The position numbers and the translations under genes were made by a program. A DNA stretch of 64,000 nt from Terriglobia bacterium (GTDB lineage: Bacteria > Acidobacteriota > Terriglobia > 2-12-FULL-54-10). The stretch covers positions 480,001 to 544,000 of the forward strand of contig CAXVYR010000003.1 in assembly GCA_963666975.2 (NCBI GenBank). The letters are read 5' to 3'. The notes beneath the pieces are model-generated. The model saw only the letters and a program-made list of their open reading frames with translations, was not told the DNA's origin and searched no databases. The stretch's first letter is position 1. Every line of letters begins with the position of its first letter. This document shows positions 10,683 to 20,467 of the stretch, piece by piece.

Positions 10683-10779
10683 GTCAATTCACTGCGCGAG
10701 GCGTGCGGGTGCGCTGAGTTGCCGCGCTGCATGGAACAGCCTCGATTTTGTTGATGCGATGCGGGCAAGAGGGAATGGG

Positions 10780-11934
10780 TCAAGATCGAGATTTGGTCAA
10801 TGGCGAATTTTCCATGTCCGCTGAAAGTCGCTGCGGGTTGCTGCGCCCCAGCAGTTCGCGAAAGAGCCGCTCGTATTCCAGGGTCACTTGATCCCATCGG
10901 TAGTGCTTGCGAACACGGTCCCGGGCGCGTGTTTGGTGTTCCTCCCGCAGGCCGGGATTTCCGAGCACTGCATTAATCTTTGCAGCAAGATCCTCTGGAG
11001 ATTTCTGGAATGGCAAAGCGGCGTCACCGGCCACCTCGCGGTTCTCCACGGTGTCAAGATAGAGGACGCACCGCCCGCATCCCATGGCTTCAATCAAGGC
11101 AGGGTGTGTTCCGCCCACTTCGGTGGCGTGGATATAGCAAAAGGCATGGGACAACAACTCCCGGTATCCCGCTCCATATATAGCGCCGGGAAACAGGATA
11201 CGGGGATCGGAGGTGGATTTCAGTTCCCGAATATAGTCACGGGCATAAGGGGCGTCCCCTACGATCGCCAGTTTTTGGCCGGTCTGCACCTGCTCAAAAG
11301 CTTTGACGACCAGCAGAGGGTTGTTCTCCGGCTCGAATCGTGTCACGTAAAGAAAGTAGCCCTCCGGCTCCAGTCCGATGCGTTCCAGCGCAGCCCGGCT
11401 CGAAAGACGCCGGTCATCCGCGCCATAGGGAATGAAATAGGAATGTTTGCCGTAGCGCCGAAGGTAGTATTGCGCGATTGCTTTGGCGTCGGTCACCATG
11501 GCGTTCGGAAGGAAGGTGGAAAGCCACTCGGAAAGCAGATAATACGTTTTCCCCGCCCAGTTCCATTTCGACCGCTTGCGTTCCAGCCCGTCCACGTTGA
11601 CCACGGTTTTCTTCCCGGCCAGGCGGGGAATAAAAGAAAAAATGCTATTGGCGGAATTGCAAATCAGCACCACCTCCACATCTTGAAAAAGAACGTGCCC
11701 AATGGATAGGAAGGTGTGAGCGACGGTATCGAAATACTTGTGCGGGATGGTCGGCAACAATACGAGCCGAACGCCTTTGTAATAACTGTCTGCATGGCGG
11801 ATGTTATGGGTGCGCCCGTAGACAACCACGGCATGCCCGTTCTGAACCAGCCGGCAGGAGAGCTCTTCCGCAAAGGTTTCAAAACCGCCGTAGTTTGCCG
11901 GGATACCACGGGTGCCGATTATGGCGATCTTCAT
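10780..11934 (-). CDS. GT4 glycosyltransferase with DUF1972-type N-terminus
   Basis: MKIAIIGTRGIPANYGGFETFAE, NVDGLE, RFEPENN and GGTHPALIEAM motifs. Confidence 0.88.
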   Translation of the reverse strand: MKIAIIGTRGIPANYGGFETFAEELSCRLVQNGHAVVVYGRTHNIRHADSYYKGVRLVLLPTIPHKYFDTVAHTFLSIGHVLFQDVEVVLICNSANSIFSFIPRLAGKKTVVNVDGLERKRSKWNWAGKTYYLLSEWLSTFLPNAMVTDAKAIAQYYLRRYGKHSYFIPYGADDRRLSSRAALERIGLEPEGYFLYVTRFEPENNPLLVVKAFEQVQTGQKLAIVGDAPYARDYIRELKSTSDPRILFPGAIYGAGYRELLSHAFCYIHATEVGGTHPALIEAMGCGRCVLYLDTVENREVAGDAALPFQKSPEDLAAKINAVLGNPGLREEHQTRARDRVRKHYRWDQVTLEYERLFRELLGRSNPQRLSADMENSPLTKSRS

Positions 11935-11936
11935 GG

Positions 11937-13040
11937 CTAGAGTTGTGTGAGTTGGCCGGACTGTGCTCCGGCTGTCGGCAAGGGCAAAGCCGAACTCGAG
12001 AACTCGGAAACCTGTAATTGCTGGGAAAGAGAGTTTCCCACAGGGGCGGTGACAGGCCGGAATCGGAACCAATTTTGTAAATAGGAGTTTGAGACCCGGC
12101 GGCGCTTTTGAATAATCCGGCGTTTAGCAAGGGTGCGGCGCAAGTTACGGAGCACAAAGGAAAATGCTCCCAGCGATTTCCGCTCAGCCAGCAGACAGTA
12201 TGCCAAAATGCCGATGTCCCTTGCCGTAGCCGGCAGGAAGTTGCGTAGATACAGCGGAAGGGTGGCGTTCTTGATTCGCATCAGGAAACGGTTTTTAACA
12301 CAATGCCGGTTGATCTCTTCCGGAATCTCCTGCCGCCGGCCGGGAAAAACCCTTCGCACGTGATAGCCGACCGCCTCCGGAAGGTACAAGCACTGCCACC
12401 CCTGCAGTTGGGCTCGCCAGGAGACGTCGGCGTCTTCCCGGTAGAGGAAGAAAGCTTCGTCGAAAAACTCTCCTTCCACAGCGATGTCCTGAATCATGCG
12501 GCTCCGATAGAGAGCTGCAGCAGCCGTCGCGCCAAAGACAAAGGCGGCGTCATTGTATTCTTCTCCATCCGGCAAAAGCATTCCCCGGTCGAAATGACGG
12601 AACGTGGGAGTGAAGTAGATTCCCGCCGAATCGAGCCGGTGTTCGGGAGAGACTTCAAAATTGGGTGAAACGCTAAAGAGCTTGCCACAGACCGTTCCAA
12701 TGGCGGGGTCGTGATTGCCCGCATGGACCAGACGGGACACAAAGTCGGAATCCAGCACCACATCCGGGTTGAGCGCCAGGATCCAGTCCCCGCTTGCCTT
12801 TCGAATAGCCTGGTTTTGAGCGGCGGAGAAGCCTCGATTTTCGGAATTGAAGATAGTCTGCAGACGTGGCTTATAACCGGCCAGAATCGACGCGGTGCCG
12901 TCCTGGCTGGCGTTGTCCACTACGATCACTTCCAGCGGGGTCCAGTCCTGCGCCAGCAAGGAATCCAAGCAACGGGCAAGAAAGAGTTCGCTGTTATGCG
13001 TAACCACCGTCACCGAAACAGTATTTTTCTCTATGCCCAT
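11937..13040 (-). CDS. GT2 glycosyltransferase
   Basis: VVDNASQDGT, LNPD and FFLYREDAD motifs. Confidence 0.9.
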   Translation of the reverse strand: MGIEKNTVSVTVVTHNSELFLARCLDSLLAQDWTPLEVIVVDNASQDGTASILAGYKPRLQTIFNSENRGFSAAQNQAIRKASGDWILALNPDVVLDSDFVSRLVHAGNHDPAIGTVCGKLFSVSPNFEVSPEHRLDSAGIYFTPTFRHFDRGMLLPDGEEYNDAAFVFGATAAAALYRSRMIQDIAVEGEFFDEAFFLYREDADVSWRAQLQGWQCLYLPEAVGYHVRRVFPGRRQEIPEEINRHCVKNRFLMRIKNATLPLYLRNFLPATARDIGILAYCLLAERKSLGAFSFVLRNLRRTLAKRRIIQKRRRVSNSYLQNWFRFRPVTAPVGNSLSQQLQVSEFSSSALPLPTAGAQSGQLTQL

Positions 13041-14056
13041 CTTTTTTTATCCGAACCGAGGCGGGAAATAGATTCCCGGCCTTTGTGCTCCGCGGGTGCG
13101 ACGCCGGAATGGTGACGGGCACCCCCTTGCCTCCACCGCGAAAAGGAGAGCAGAGCCGCCCGAAAATAGGCGAGGAACCTCTCCCTGCGAGTGGAGACCA
13201 GAGCCTGTGAGGTTGGCGCAATACCCAGCAGGGTTGCAAAAAGCCGAAGGCCCATACCCCACATCAAGGTTGCCCGGATGGCCAGTGCCATCGTCCAAGG
13301 GAAATGCTTCCTCACATAATAAAGCAAATTGTGGTTCCAGTAAATCTGTCTTTCCAAAAAAGTTAAAGAATTTACCGAATGTCCGCCAGTGTGTTGGAAT
13401 GCAACTTTCGGCCAAAACAGGATTTCGCCTCCCTGCTGGCGCAGCTTTTTACAGAGGTCCACATCCTCAAACCACAAAGGAAAGAAGGCCTCATCAAAAA
13501 AACCGCAGCTCTCGAAGCTCTTGCGGCGCACCAGCAGGCAGGCTCCTGCAGGTTGCTCCACTTTCGCAGGCCGCTCCGGATCAAGGTCCAGGCAGCGATA
13601 CTTCCTGTTTACGGGGTTATTCGGAAAAAGGCGATTTAGCAATAATAGTTCAAATATCAAGGAAGCTGGAGTCGGCAGGCGGCGCACATTGAATCCGATT
13701 TGTGTTTGACCCTGTGTATCGACTAGCCGGCCCGCTACAGCAACGGTCTTTTCCGAGTTCCGGAGCGGCTCCTCCAAACATTGCAACTGCCCAAGACAGA
13801 CACAGTCCGGATTCAGGAACAGAAGCGAGCTGCCACTGCTCTGGCGGACCCCGAGATTGGACGCCGCCGCAAAACCCAGATTGCGGGGAGCTTGAATTAA
13901 TTTTACGGAGGCAGAAAATTGCCGAACCAGAACCGCCGTCCCATCCGTTGAGGCATTATCAACCACCACGACCTCTGCGCCGGAATTTTTCAGGGACGCT
14001 AAACACTGGCCAATTTGGCCTTCGGAGTTGTGAGTGACGATGATGACCGAGATCAT
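13031..14056 (-). CDS. GT2 glycosyltransferase (WbbL-like)
   Basis: VVVDNASTDGT, NLGFAAA, LNPD, QPAGAC and FEDVDLC motifs. Confidence 0.9.
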   Translation of the reverse strand: MISVIIVTHNSEGQIGQCLASLKNSGAEVVVVDNASTDGTAVLVRQFSASVKLIQAPRNLGFAAASNLGVRQSSGSSLLFLNPDCVCLGQLQCLEEPLRNSEKTVAVAGRLVDTQGQTQIGFNVRRLPTPASLIFELLLLNRLFPNNPVNRKYRCLDLDPERPAKVEQPAGACLLVRRKSFESCGFFDEAFFPLWFEDVDLCKKLRQQGGEILFWPKVAFQHTGGHSVNSLTFLERQIYWNHNLLYYVRKHFPWTMALAIRATLMWGMGLRLFATLLGIAPTSQALVSTRRERFLAYFRAALLSFSRWRQGGARHHSGVAPAEHKGRESISRLGSDKKRWA

Positions 14057-14113
14057 ATTACTAAGCCGAAAAACTGCGCTATGCACGTACTCCAAGAGCA
14101 AGCATCCTGCTCA

Positions 14114-15250
14114 TCAGCCGGAAAGATGTCCCAGGTCTGGATTCACGGAAGACTTGTGCCCTTGGGGCGGGGGGAAAAGAAAAAAATACAGCTTCCAAAA
14201 CGTATCCTGTCTGTCTCGGTCCGCAGCAGTGGTGTCTTCGTAGATTTCCCGTTCCGATTCCCGTAACAAAGCAACGAAATTTTGCAGCTCATCCAATCGC
14301 CACCGAGTGCGCTTCTGAACCGTTTTTCTGAAGCGCCAGAAGAAATGAGCCATTCCGGACAGGTAAGCGCCCATCCTGTTTTTGCGGATAGCCAGGGCTG
14401 CCCAAAGCATTTGTGACCAAGCAATGCGAGGGCCCATGCGCAGCAATAACCGCCATGGGTAGTGTTTCGTCAAGATCATCAGTTGGTTTTGGGTCAGAAG
14501 GCGAAACACTGCCGTGGGGTCGGTTTCTCCCAGGGATGCGCTTCCTTGATGCCTGCAAGTAGCCTGCGGCAGGTAGAGCCCTCGGCGGCCCAATCGTCCC
14601 GCCCGCAGAGAAAAGTCGATGTCCTCCAGATAAGCAAAAAAATCTTCATCCAATCCGCCAACCTGCTCGAACACGCTTTGCCGAAAGAGCACGGCGGTGG
14701 CGGGAGCCGCGAAAACTTGCCGGGGAGTGGCGAATGATTCCGAGTCTTTCCGCCCGAAGCCGAGCCGCCAGGCAGAGCCACCCAGCGACAGAGCGTCTCC
14801 CGCGTTGTCCAACAAGACCCCGTCGGATTGGTAGATTTTCCCGCAGCAGAAGGATACATCCGGACGTGCCTCCAGAAGAGCAGCGGTCAACTCCAGCCAG
14901 GTTTTTTCTAGCTGCACGTCATCGTTCAGCAGGGCAACATAGGAAGACCGGCTGAGCGCGATGCCCGCGTTCATTGCCGCCGCAAAGCCGCGGTTTTCCG
15001 GGAAGGCGATCAGGGTACAGCCGAACTCGCCGGCCAGTTTGTTCGCCCAGTTCCCGGCTCCGTTCGAGATAAGAATCGTTTCAAAATCGTGGAACGTCTG
15101 TTGCCGTAGGGATTCCAAACAATCCCGCAGCAAGTCGTCCCGCAACACGGTGGGAATGATGACAGAAACCTTCGGGATCGGGGCCTTTCCGCCCCGTTGC
15201 ACGTTTCCTGCGGTGACATGCAAATGTGACATTCGGAAACGATTATACAA
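14114..15250 (-). CDS. GT2 glycosyltransferase
   Basis: VSVIIPT, NRGFAAAMN, LLNDD and FAYLEDID motifs; start uncertain. Confidence 0.88.
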   Translation of the reverse strand: MYNRFRMSHLHVTAGNVQRGGKAPIPKVSVIIPTVLRDDLLRDCLESLRQQTFHDFETILISNGAGNWANKLAGEFGCTLIAFPENRGFAAAMNAGIALSRSSYVALLNDDVQLEKTWLELTAALLEARPDVSFCCGKIYQSDGVLLDNAGDALSLGGSAWRLGFGRKDSESFATPRQVFAAPATAVLFRQSVFEQVGGLDEDFFAYLEDIDFSLRAGRLGRRGLYLPQATCRHQGSASLGETDPTAVFRLLTQNQLMILTKHYPWRLLLRMGPRIAWSQMLWAALAIRKNRMGAYLSGMAHFFWRFRKTVQKRTRWRLDELQNFVALLRESEREIYEDTTAADRDRQDTFWKLYFFLFPPPQGHKSSVNPDLGHLSG

Positions 15251-15335
15251 GCTTCCCCTTGATTTCTACGGTTTATGGATGCAGCCAAGCCGGAGAGATG
15301 TACGGCCAGAGACACTCTGGCTGGAAATACAGCAG

Positions 15336-15767
15336 CTAGCTGCGTTCGGCAAATAATTGGTGCAGCTTTTCTTTCAGTGATGGGAAGAGCTTGACACGGG
15401 GAAGAAAGGCATCGATCGGTATAGTCAGCAGGCGCAGAGCGCTCAGGGCTTTCACGCTAGCGGTTCGAACTCGCTCCGGGTCCACAAGCGCCATTTCGCC
15501 GAAAAGCGTGGGGGCCTGGAGCACAACAAGAAATTGAGGAGGGTCGGCCTCCCCACGGTAGATTCCTACCGAGCCCTCTTCCAGGAGATAAACATCCCTG
15601 CCGACTTGCCCTTGCCGGACCAGGATGGCGCCCGATTGAACAGTGACCTCGGCACAGTCCTGGGCAATTAGAGCGAGTTCCTCCTCCGTCAGCCCCGCAA
15701 ACAGATCAAAAGAGCGGAGGCGAGAGGTTGCGATCTTTTTTTTGGTGTCCATTTTCTCGCTATCCAT
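15336..15767 (-). CDS. Stand-alone cyclic nucleotide-binding domain protein
   Basis: LFAGL...VRQG...YLLEEG...FGEMAL...RTASV phosphate-binding cassette; no HTH follows. Confidence 0.85.
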   Translation of the reverse strand: MDSEKMDTKKKIATSRLRSFDLFAGLTEEELALIAQDCAEVTVQSGAILVRQGQVGRDVYLLEEGSVGIYRGEADPPQFLVVLQAPTLFGEMALVDPERVRTASVKALSALRLLTIPIDAFLPRVKLFPSLKEKLHQLFAERS

Positions 15768-16120
15768 CTGACGCTGGCGAGAAGTGAATGTTAGCTCGAT
15801 TGGCCTGGGATCATCCGCACTGATTCTTCCCATTCTATTCTTGCATTGAAAAGACCAAAAAAGAAGAGTTTTGAATGTGTCGGTGCAAACAATTTGGCAT
15901 AACGAAGAGGGAAGCAGATCATTCCGGCAAAGAACCTCGGTGTATATTTGTTTAGTGAACATCCGTTGCAGATTGGGGAGGAGACTGACCCTCCGCTCCC
16001 CTCAGCTACTTTGAAAGCTTCGCGGAAGGGTATCTTTGCCAACCCGAGGCCAACCCGAGTGCTGGTGGAAATTCATACTGCTGGCGTATTATTGGAGGGT
16101 CAGAACTGAAAGGAGAATTT

Positions 16121-16450
16121 GTGGCGCTCACAACTGTGCAAGCACGCTGTCCCTCCTGCCAATCCGCCGAAGTTTTCTATTCCTGCACGCCCAACTGTTG
16201 CTTTAACCACGTTTGCAATGAGTGCCAGAGCAGCTTTGAGCTTTCGACATCCCCTTTGCCGGGTGCTGTCCCAGGTCTGGATATGGATGCCGCCGGGCTC
16301 CCGCCGGAGCCGGACGCCTGCTCGCCCACAGCTCCCTGTGCCAAATGTCAAGGTATCCGCGTATATCAGCTTTCCGGTGGCGAAACCTTGTTTTGTCTGG
16401 ACTGCCGCGCCCTGCTCCAACTCGACTACGAAAACGTGGCAGGCCCGTAG
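16121..16450 (+). CDS. Small Cys-rich (zinc-ribbon-like) hypothetical protein
   Basis: 109 aa with 12 Cys (CPSC, CC, CNEC, CAKC, CLDC); AAGGAG RBS before the GTG start. Confidence 0.75.
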   Translation: MALTTVQARCPSCQSAEVFYSCTPNCCFNHVCNECQSSFELSTSPLPGAVPGLDMDAAGLPPEPDACSPTAPCAKCQGIRVYQLSGGETLFCLDCRALLQLDYENVAGP

Positions 16451-16493
16451 AAACTGGATTTGAAAGGTCGGTTTCCGCTAGAATTTATAACTT

Positions 16494-17687
16494 ATGAATG
16501 ATCGCGAGTTGGAAATTTTCTTAAACGACCTTGAATCTGACAGGGTGGAGCGAAAAGCTTCGATCTCTGACAGAAGTAAAATTAGTGAAGCTATCTGCGC
16601 TTTTGCCAACGATTTGCCTAATCATCGACAATCCGGAGTGATCTTTATTGGCGCTAATGACGATGGAACTTGCTCACAGCTAAACATCACCGATGAATTG
16701 TTACGAATACTTGCTGATATGCGGTCAGCTGGAAATATCTTGCCCATTCCAACCATGACCGGGGAAAAGAAAACCCTCGGGGGCTGTGAACTGGCTCTCA
16801 CCCTCGTAGAACCTTCCGATGCACCACCTGTGCGCTACGGGGGACGCACGTGGATACGCGTCGGACCTCGCAGGGCGATTGCTACGGTAGAGGAAGAGCG
16901 CCGTCTAACCGAGAAACGAAGTTCTCGAGACCTGCCTTTTGATATTCGGCCCATTTCCTCAGTTGACTTAGAAGCCCTCGATTTTAACCTCTTCCATCAA
17001 GTCTATTTGCCATCGAGCATAGCTCCAGATATTCTGGAGCAGAATCAGCGTACCGATGCAGAACAACTTGCTTCCCTGCGGTTCGCAACAGTCGAACCTA
17101 TGCCAAGACCTACCATTCTGGGTATCCTGGTGGTTGGAAAAGACCCGTGAGAATTCCTTGCCGGAGCGTACGTTCAGTTTCTCCGAATTGATGGCACCGA
17201 ACTGACAGACCCAATCAAGGATCAGAAGGAATTAGGCGGTCCGCTTTCGGACCTACTCAAGGCGTTGGACGAAATGTTCCTGGCTCACATTTCGGTCACC
17301 TCAGATATTACGTCAGAACCCGTGGAGATTCGTCGTCCCGATTATCCAGTAGTAGCGCTTCAGCAACTGGCACGGAATGCGGTATTGCATCGCACATATG
17401 AGGGAACAAATGCACCAGTCCGGATTACATGGTTTAACGACCGCATCGAAATTCAAAATCCGGGAGGTCCTTTTGGACAGGTCAATCGGGGAAACTTCGG
17501 CCAACCAGGGATAACAGATTATCGAAATCCTCATCTGGCCGAAGCAATGAAAAACCTGGGTTACGTCCAACGATTCGGAGTCGGTATACAGCTCGCCCGC
17601 GAGGAGATGGAGAAGAATGGCAACGCAGCACTAGATTTCGATGTTCAAGATGCCCACGTGTTGGTAATTTTGAGGAGGCGACCGTGA
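16494..17687 (+). pseudogene. Schlafen/AlbA_2-domain + HATPase_c_4 (RecG-C-like) protein with one in-frame stop
   Basis: ESDRVERK, AICAFAN and FIGANDDG (AlbA_2); NAVLHRTY, RIEIQNPGG, YRNPHLA and GYVQRFGVG (HATPase). Both ORFs share a frame; TGA at 17148-17150 is the only interruption (397 aa restored). Confidence 0.85.
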
Positions 17688-18721
17688 GTACAACAGTGAT
17701 GGCGTTCTTTAACAACAAAGGGGGGGGTAAGACTTCGCTAGTGTATCACTTAGCGGGGATGTTCGCCGATTTGGGTGTGCGTGTTGTGGTTGCGGACTTG
17801 GATCCTCAAGCGAATTTGACTGCTGCGTTTCTTGATGATAATCGCCTGGAAGAACTCTGGCCTGACGGAGATCATCGAGAAACCATTTTTGGGTCTCTAC
17901 AGCCTCTCTTGAAAGGGCTCGGAGATATAGCCGATCCACACATGGAATACATCGAAGACAGGCTAAGACTCGTGGTTGGTGATCTGTCACTTTCCCGGTT
18001 TGAAGATCCGCTCTCAGAAGTATGGCCTAAGTGCATGGACCGTGACGAACGTTCATTCCGGGTTATGTCTGCCTTCTGGAGGATATTGCAGCGGGCTGCT
18101 GCAAACCACAAAGCGGATGTTGTTTTGATAGATCTAGGCCCTAATTTGGGGGCGATCAACCGTGCGGCGCTCATCGCAGCCCACTATGTTGTAATCCCGC
18201 TTTCGCCGGACCTGTTCTCCTTACAAGGCCTACGCAACCTTGGCCCTACCTTACGGCGTTGGCGTGCAGAATGGAAAGAGCGTTTGAAGAGAAATCCTGT
18301 GTCTGATCTGCCACTTCCTTCAGGAAACATGGAGCCTGTTGGGTACATCGTCATGCAGCACTCGGAACGGCTGGATCGGCCCGTAAAAGCATACGACCGT
18401 TGGATCGCGCAGGTCCCAGAGACTTACCGAGGCCACGTATTGAAGATTTCGGAGGATAACGGAATTTCCGTTAAGAATGATCCTTACTGTCTGGCCCTTC
18501 TTAAACACTATCGGAGTCTGATGCCTATGGCTCAGGAAGCCCACAAGCCTATTTTCCGTCTAAAACCTGCCGACGGGGCTATCGGAGCCCATTTTCAGGC
18601 TGTTAAGGGTGCCTACCGTGATTTTGAGTCGTTGGCTCGTGAGATTGCTAAACGAACTAATGTAAATATCACGGAACAATTTGCGCGCACCTCAACGAAA
18701 TTGCATTTCCCCTTCACATAG
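17684..18721 (+). CDS. ParA/Soj-family (AAA_31) ATPase with a shortened Walker A motif
   Basis: FFNNKGGGKTS, DLDPQANLT, IDLGPNLG and PDLFSLQG motifs; 4-bp GTGA overlap with the upstream gene. Confidence 0.88.
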   Translation: MSTTVMAFFNNKGGGKTSLVYHLAGMFADLGVRVVVADLDPQANLTAAFLDDNRLEELWPDGDHRETIFGSLQPLLKGLGDIADPHMEYIEDRLRLVVGDLSLSRFEDPLSEVWPKCMDRDERSFRVMSAFWRILQRAAANHKADVVLIDLGPNLGAINRAALIAAHYVVIPLSPDLFSLQGLRNLGPTLRRWRAEWKERLKRNPVSDLPLPSGNMEPVGYIVMQHSERLDRPVKAYDRWIAQVPETYRGHVLKISEDNGISVKNDPYCLALLKHYRSLMPMAQEAHKPIFRLKPADGAIGAHFQAVKGAYRDFESLAREIAKRTNVNITEQFARTSTKLHFPFT

Positions 18722-18831
18722 TAACGATTATTCGTTACAAAAAATCAAGACTCGCTTGCGCATTCGCAAACCCAATGCCATAATTCGCGCAGTTCTCAAC
18801 GCAGTTCTCAACTGGGCGCCATTGTAAAACG

Positions 18832-20368
18832 ATGTTTAGAACGCTGAGCGCGACCGTATTCGGAATTGACGCCCACCTCGTGGAAGTGGAAGTGGACCTG
18901 AATCCCTCCCGCAGCGACTGGAATTTCACCACGGTGGGGCTCCCGGATGCAGCGGTTAAAGAAAGCCGAGACCGTGTCCGCTCCGCCATTCGCAATTGCG
19001 GCTACACCTTCCCTGCACAAAACATCACCGTGAACCTGGCACCGGCTGACATGAAGAAAGAAGGCTCCGGGTTTGACCTTACCTATTGCACTGGGTCTTC
19101 TCGCCAGCATGCAGGAACTCGAAGCCGAGCATCTGGCCGACTACCTTTTTCTGGGAGAACTTTCCCTGGATGGTCTTTTGCGGCCTGTGAAGGGAGTTCT
19201 TTCTATAGCGGTAAAGGCGAGAGAGGTCGGGATTCCCAACGTGGTGGTTCCGGCAGCCAACGGGCGGGAGGCCGCTACTGTAGAAGGGATCAACGTTTTT
19301 GCTTTGAAGACGCTGCCGGAAGCGGTGGATCTGCTTCGGTCACCGGTCCACTTTGCTCCGCTGCGGCTGGATTCCCAGGCGCTTCTGGAACAGGAAACCA
19401 GCGCCAGCGTGGATTTTCGCGATGTTCGCGGGCAACCCTCGGCAAAGCGGGCGCTGGAGGTGGCGGCTGCGGGGTCGCATAACATCCTCATGATCGGTCC
19501 TCCGGGTTCGGGGAAAACGATGCTCGCCAAGCGCTTGGCTACAATCCTGCCTCGGCTGACCTTTGAGGAATCGATACAAACAACCAAGGTGCACAGTGTG
19601 GCCGGATTGCTCGACCCTGCACAGGGTTTGATTACCTGCCGCCCTTTTCGCTCGCCCCACCATACCATCTCCGATGCGGGCTTAATTGGAGGGGGCGCCA
19701 TACCCCGTCCGGGAGAAGTGAGCTTGGCTCACAACGGCCTCCTATTCCTGGACGAGCTTCCGGAGTTTCCTCGAAATGTTTTGGAAGTGTTGCGCCAGCT
19801 GCTCGAAGATGGGCATGTCACTATTGCACGCGCTTCGATGTCGCTCTCCTTTCCGTCAACATTTATGCTGGCGGCGGCAATGAATCCTTGCCCCTGCGGA
19901 TATTTCAACGACCCTGCGCATGAATGTATCTGCACGCCTCCCATGATCCAGCGGTATATCGCGAAGATTTCCGGTCCGCTGCTGGACCGCATTGACATCC
20001 ACATTGACGTGCCTGCCGTGAAATACCGGGAACTGCGCTCCAGCAATTCGTCGGAAAGTTCTGCAGAGATTCGCACACGGGTTGAGCCGGCCCGGCGATT
20101 TCAGCAGGAGCGCTTTGGAGGGGTGAAGCTTTATGCGAACGCCCAGATGACGCCGCGCCTGATCCGCGAGCACTGCCGGCTGGATGAGGCCTCCGAACAG
20201 TTGCTGGAGAACGCCATGCAGAAGATGGGCTTGACCGCTCGCGCGCACGACCGCATCCTCAAGGTAGCCCGCACCATCGCCGACCTGGAGGGCGTCCCGG
20301 ACATTGCCTCGAAACACATTGCCGAAGCCGTCCAATACAGGTCTTTGGACCGGACCTACTGGGCATGA
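18832..20368 (+). pseudogene. comM: ComM/YifB Mg-chelatase-like AAA+ ATPase, +1 frameshift near 19081
   Basis: VGLPDAAVKESRDRV and NLAPAD...GSGFDL in frame 1; [24 protein letters not shown] and NPCPCG in the next frame; 511 aa when restored. Confidence 0.9.
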
Positions 20369-20467
20369 AAAAGCAATAGGGAGTTTTCCGGAAAAGAAGC
20401 CGGGGAGAAAGAGGAATACGATCGTGGGACTGGTTGTACCGTTGTTGGTATGAACCGTGTCGCAACG

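Noticed and set aside
15876-15891. CRP-like site upstream of the cNMP-domain gene
   Set aside because: TGTGT-N6-AAACA is too weak a match to TGTGA-N6-TCACA.
17148-17150. Selenocysteine codon in the AlbA_2 gene
   Set aside because: No Cys/redox motif context and no convincing SECIS; best explained as CGA-to-TGA.
17684-18721. Chromosome or plasmid partition system
   Set aside because: No parB, no parS-like palindrome and no replication genes nearby.
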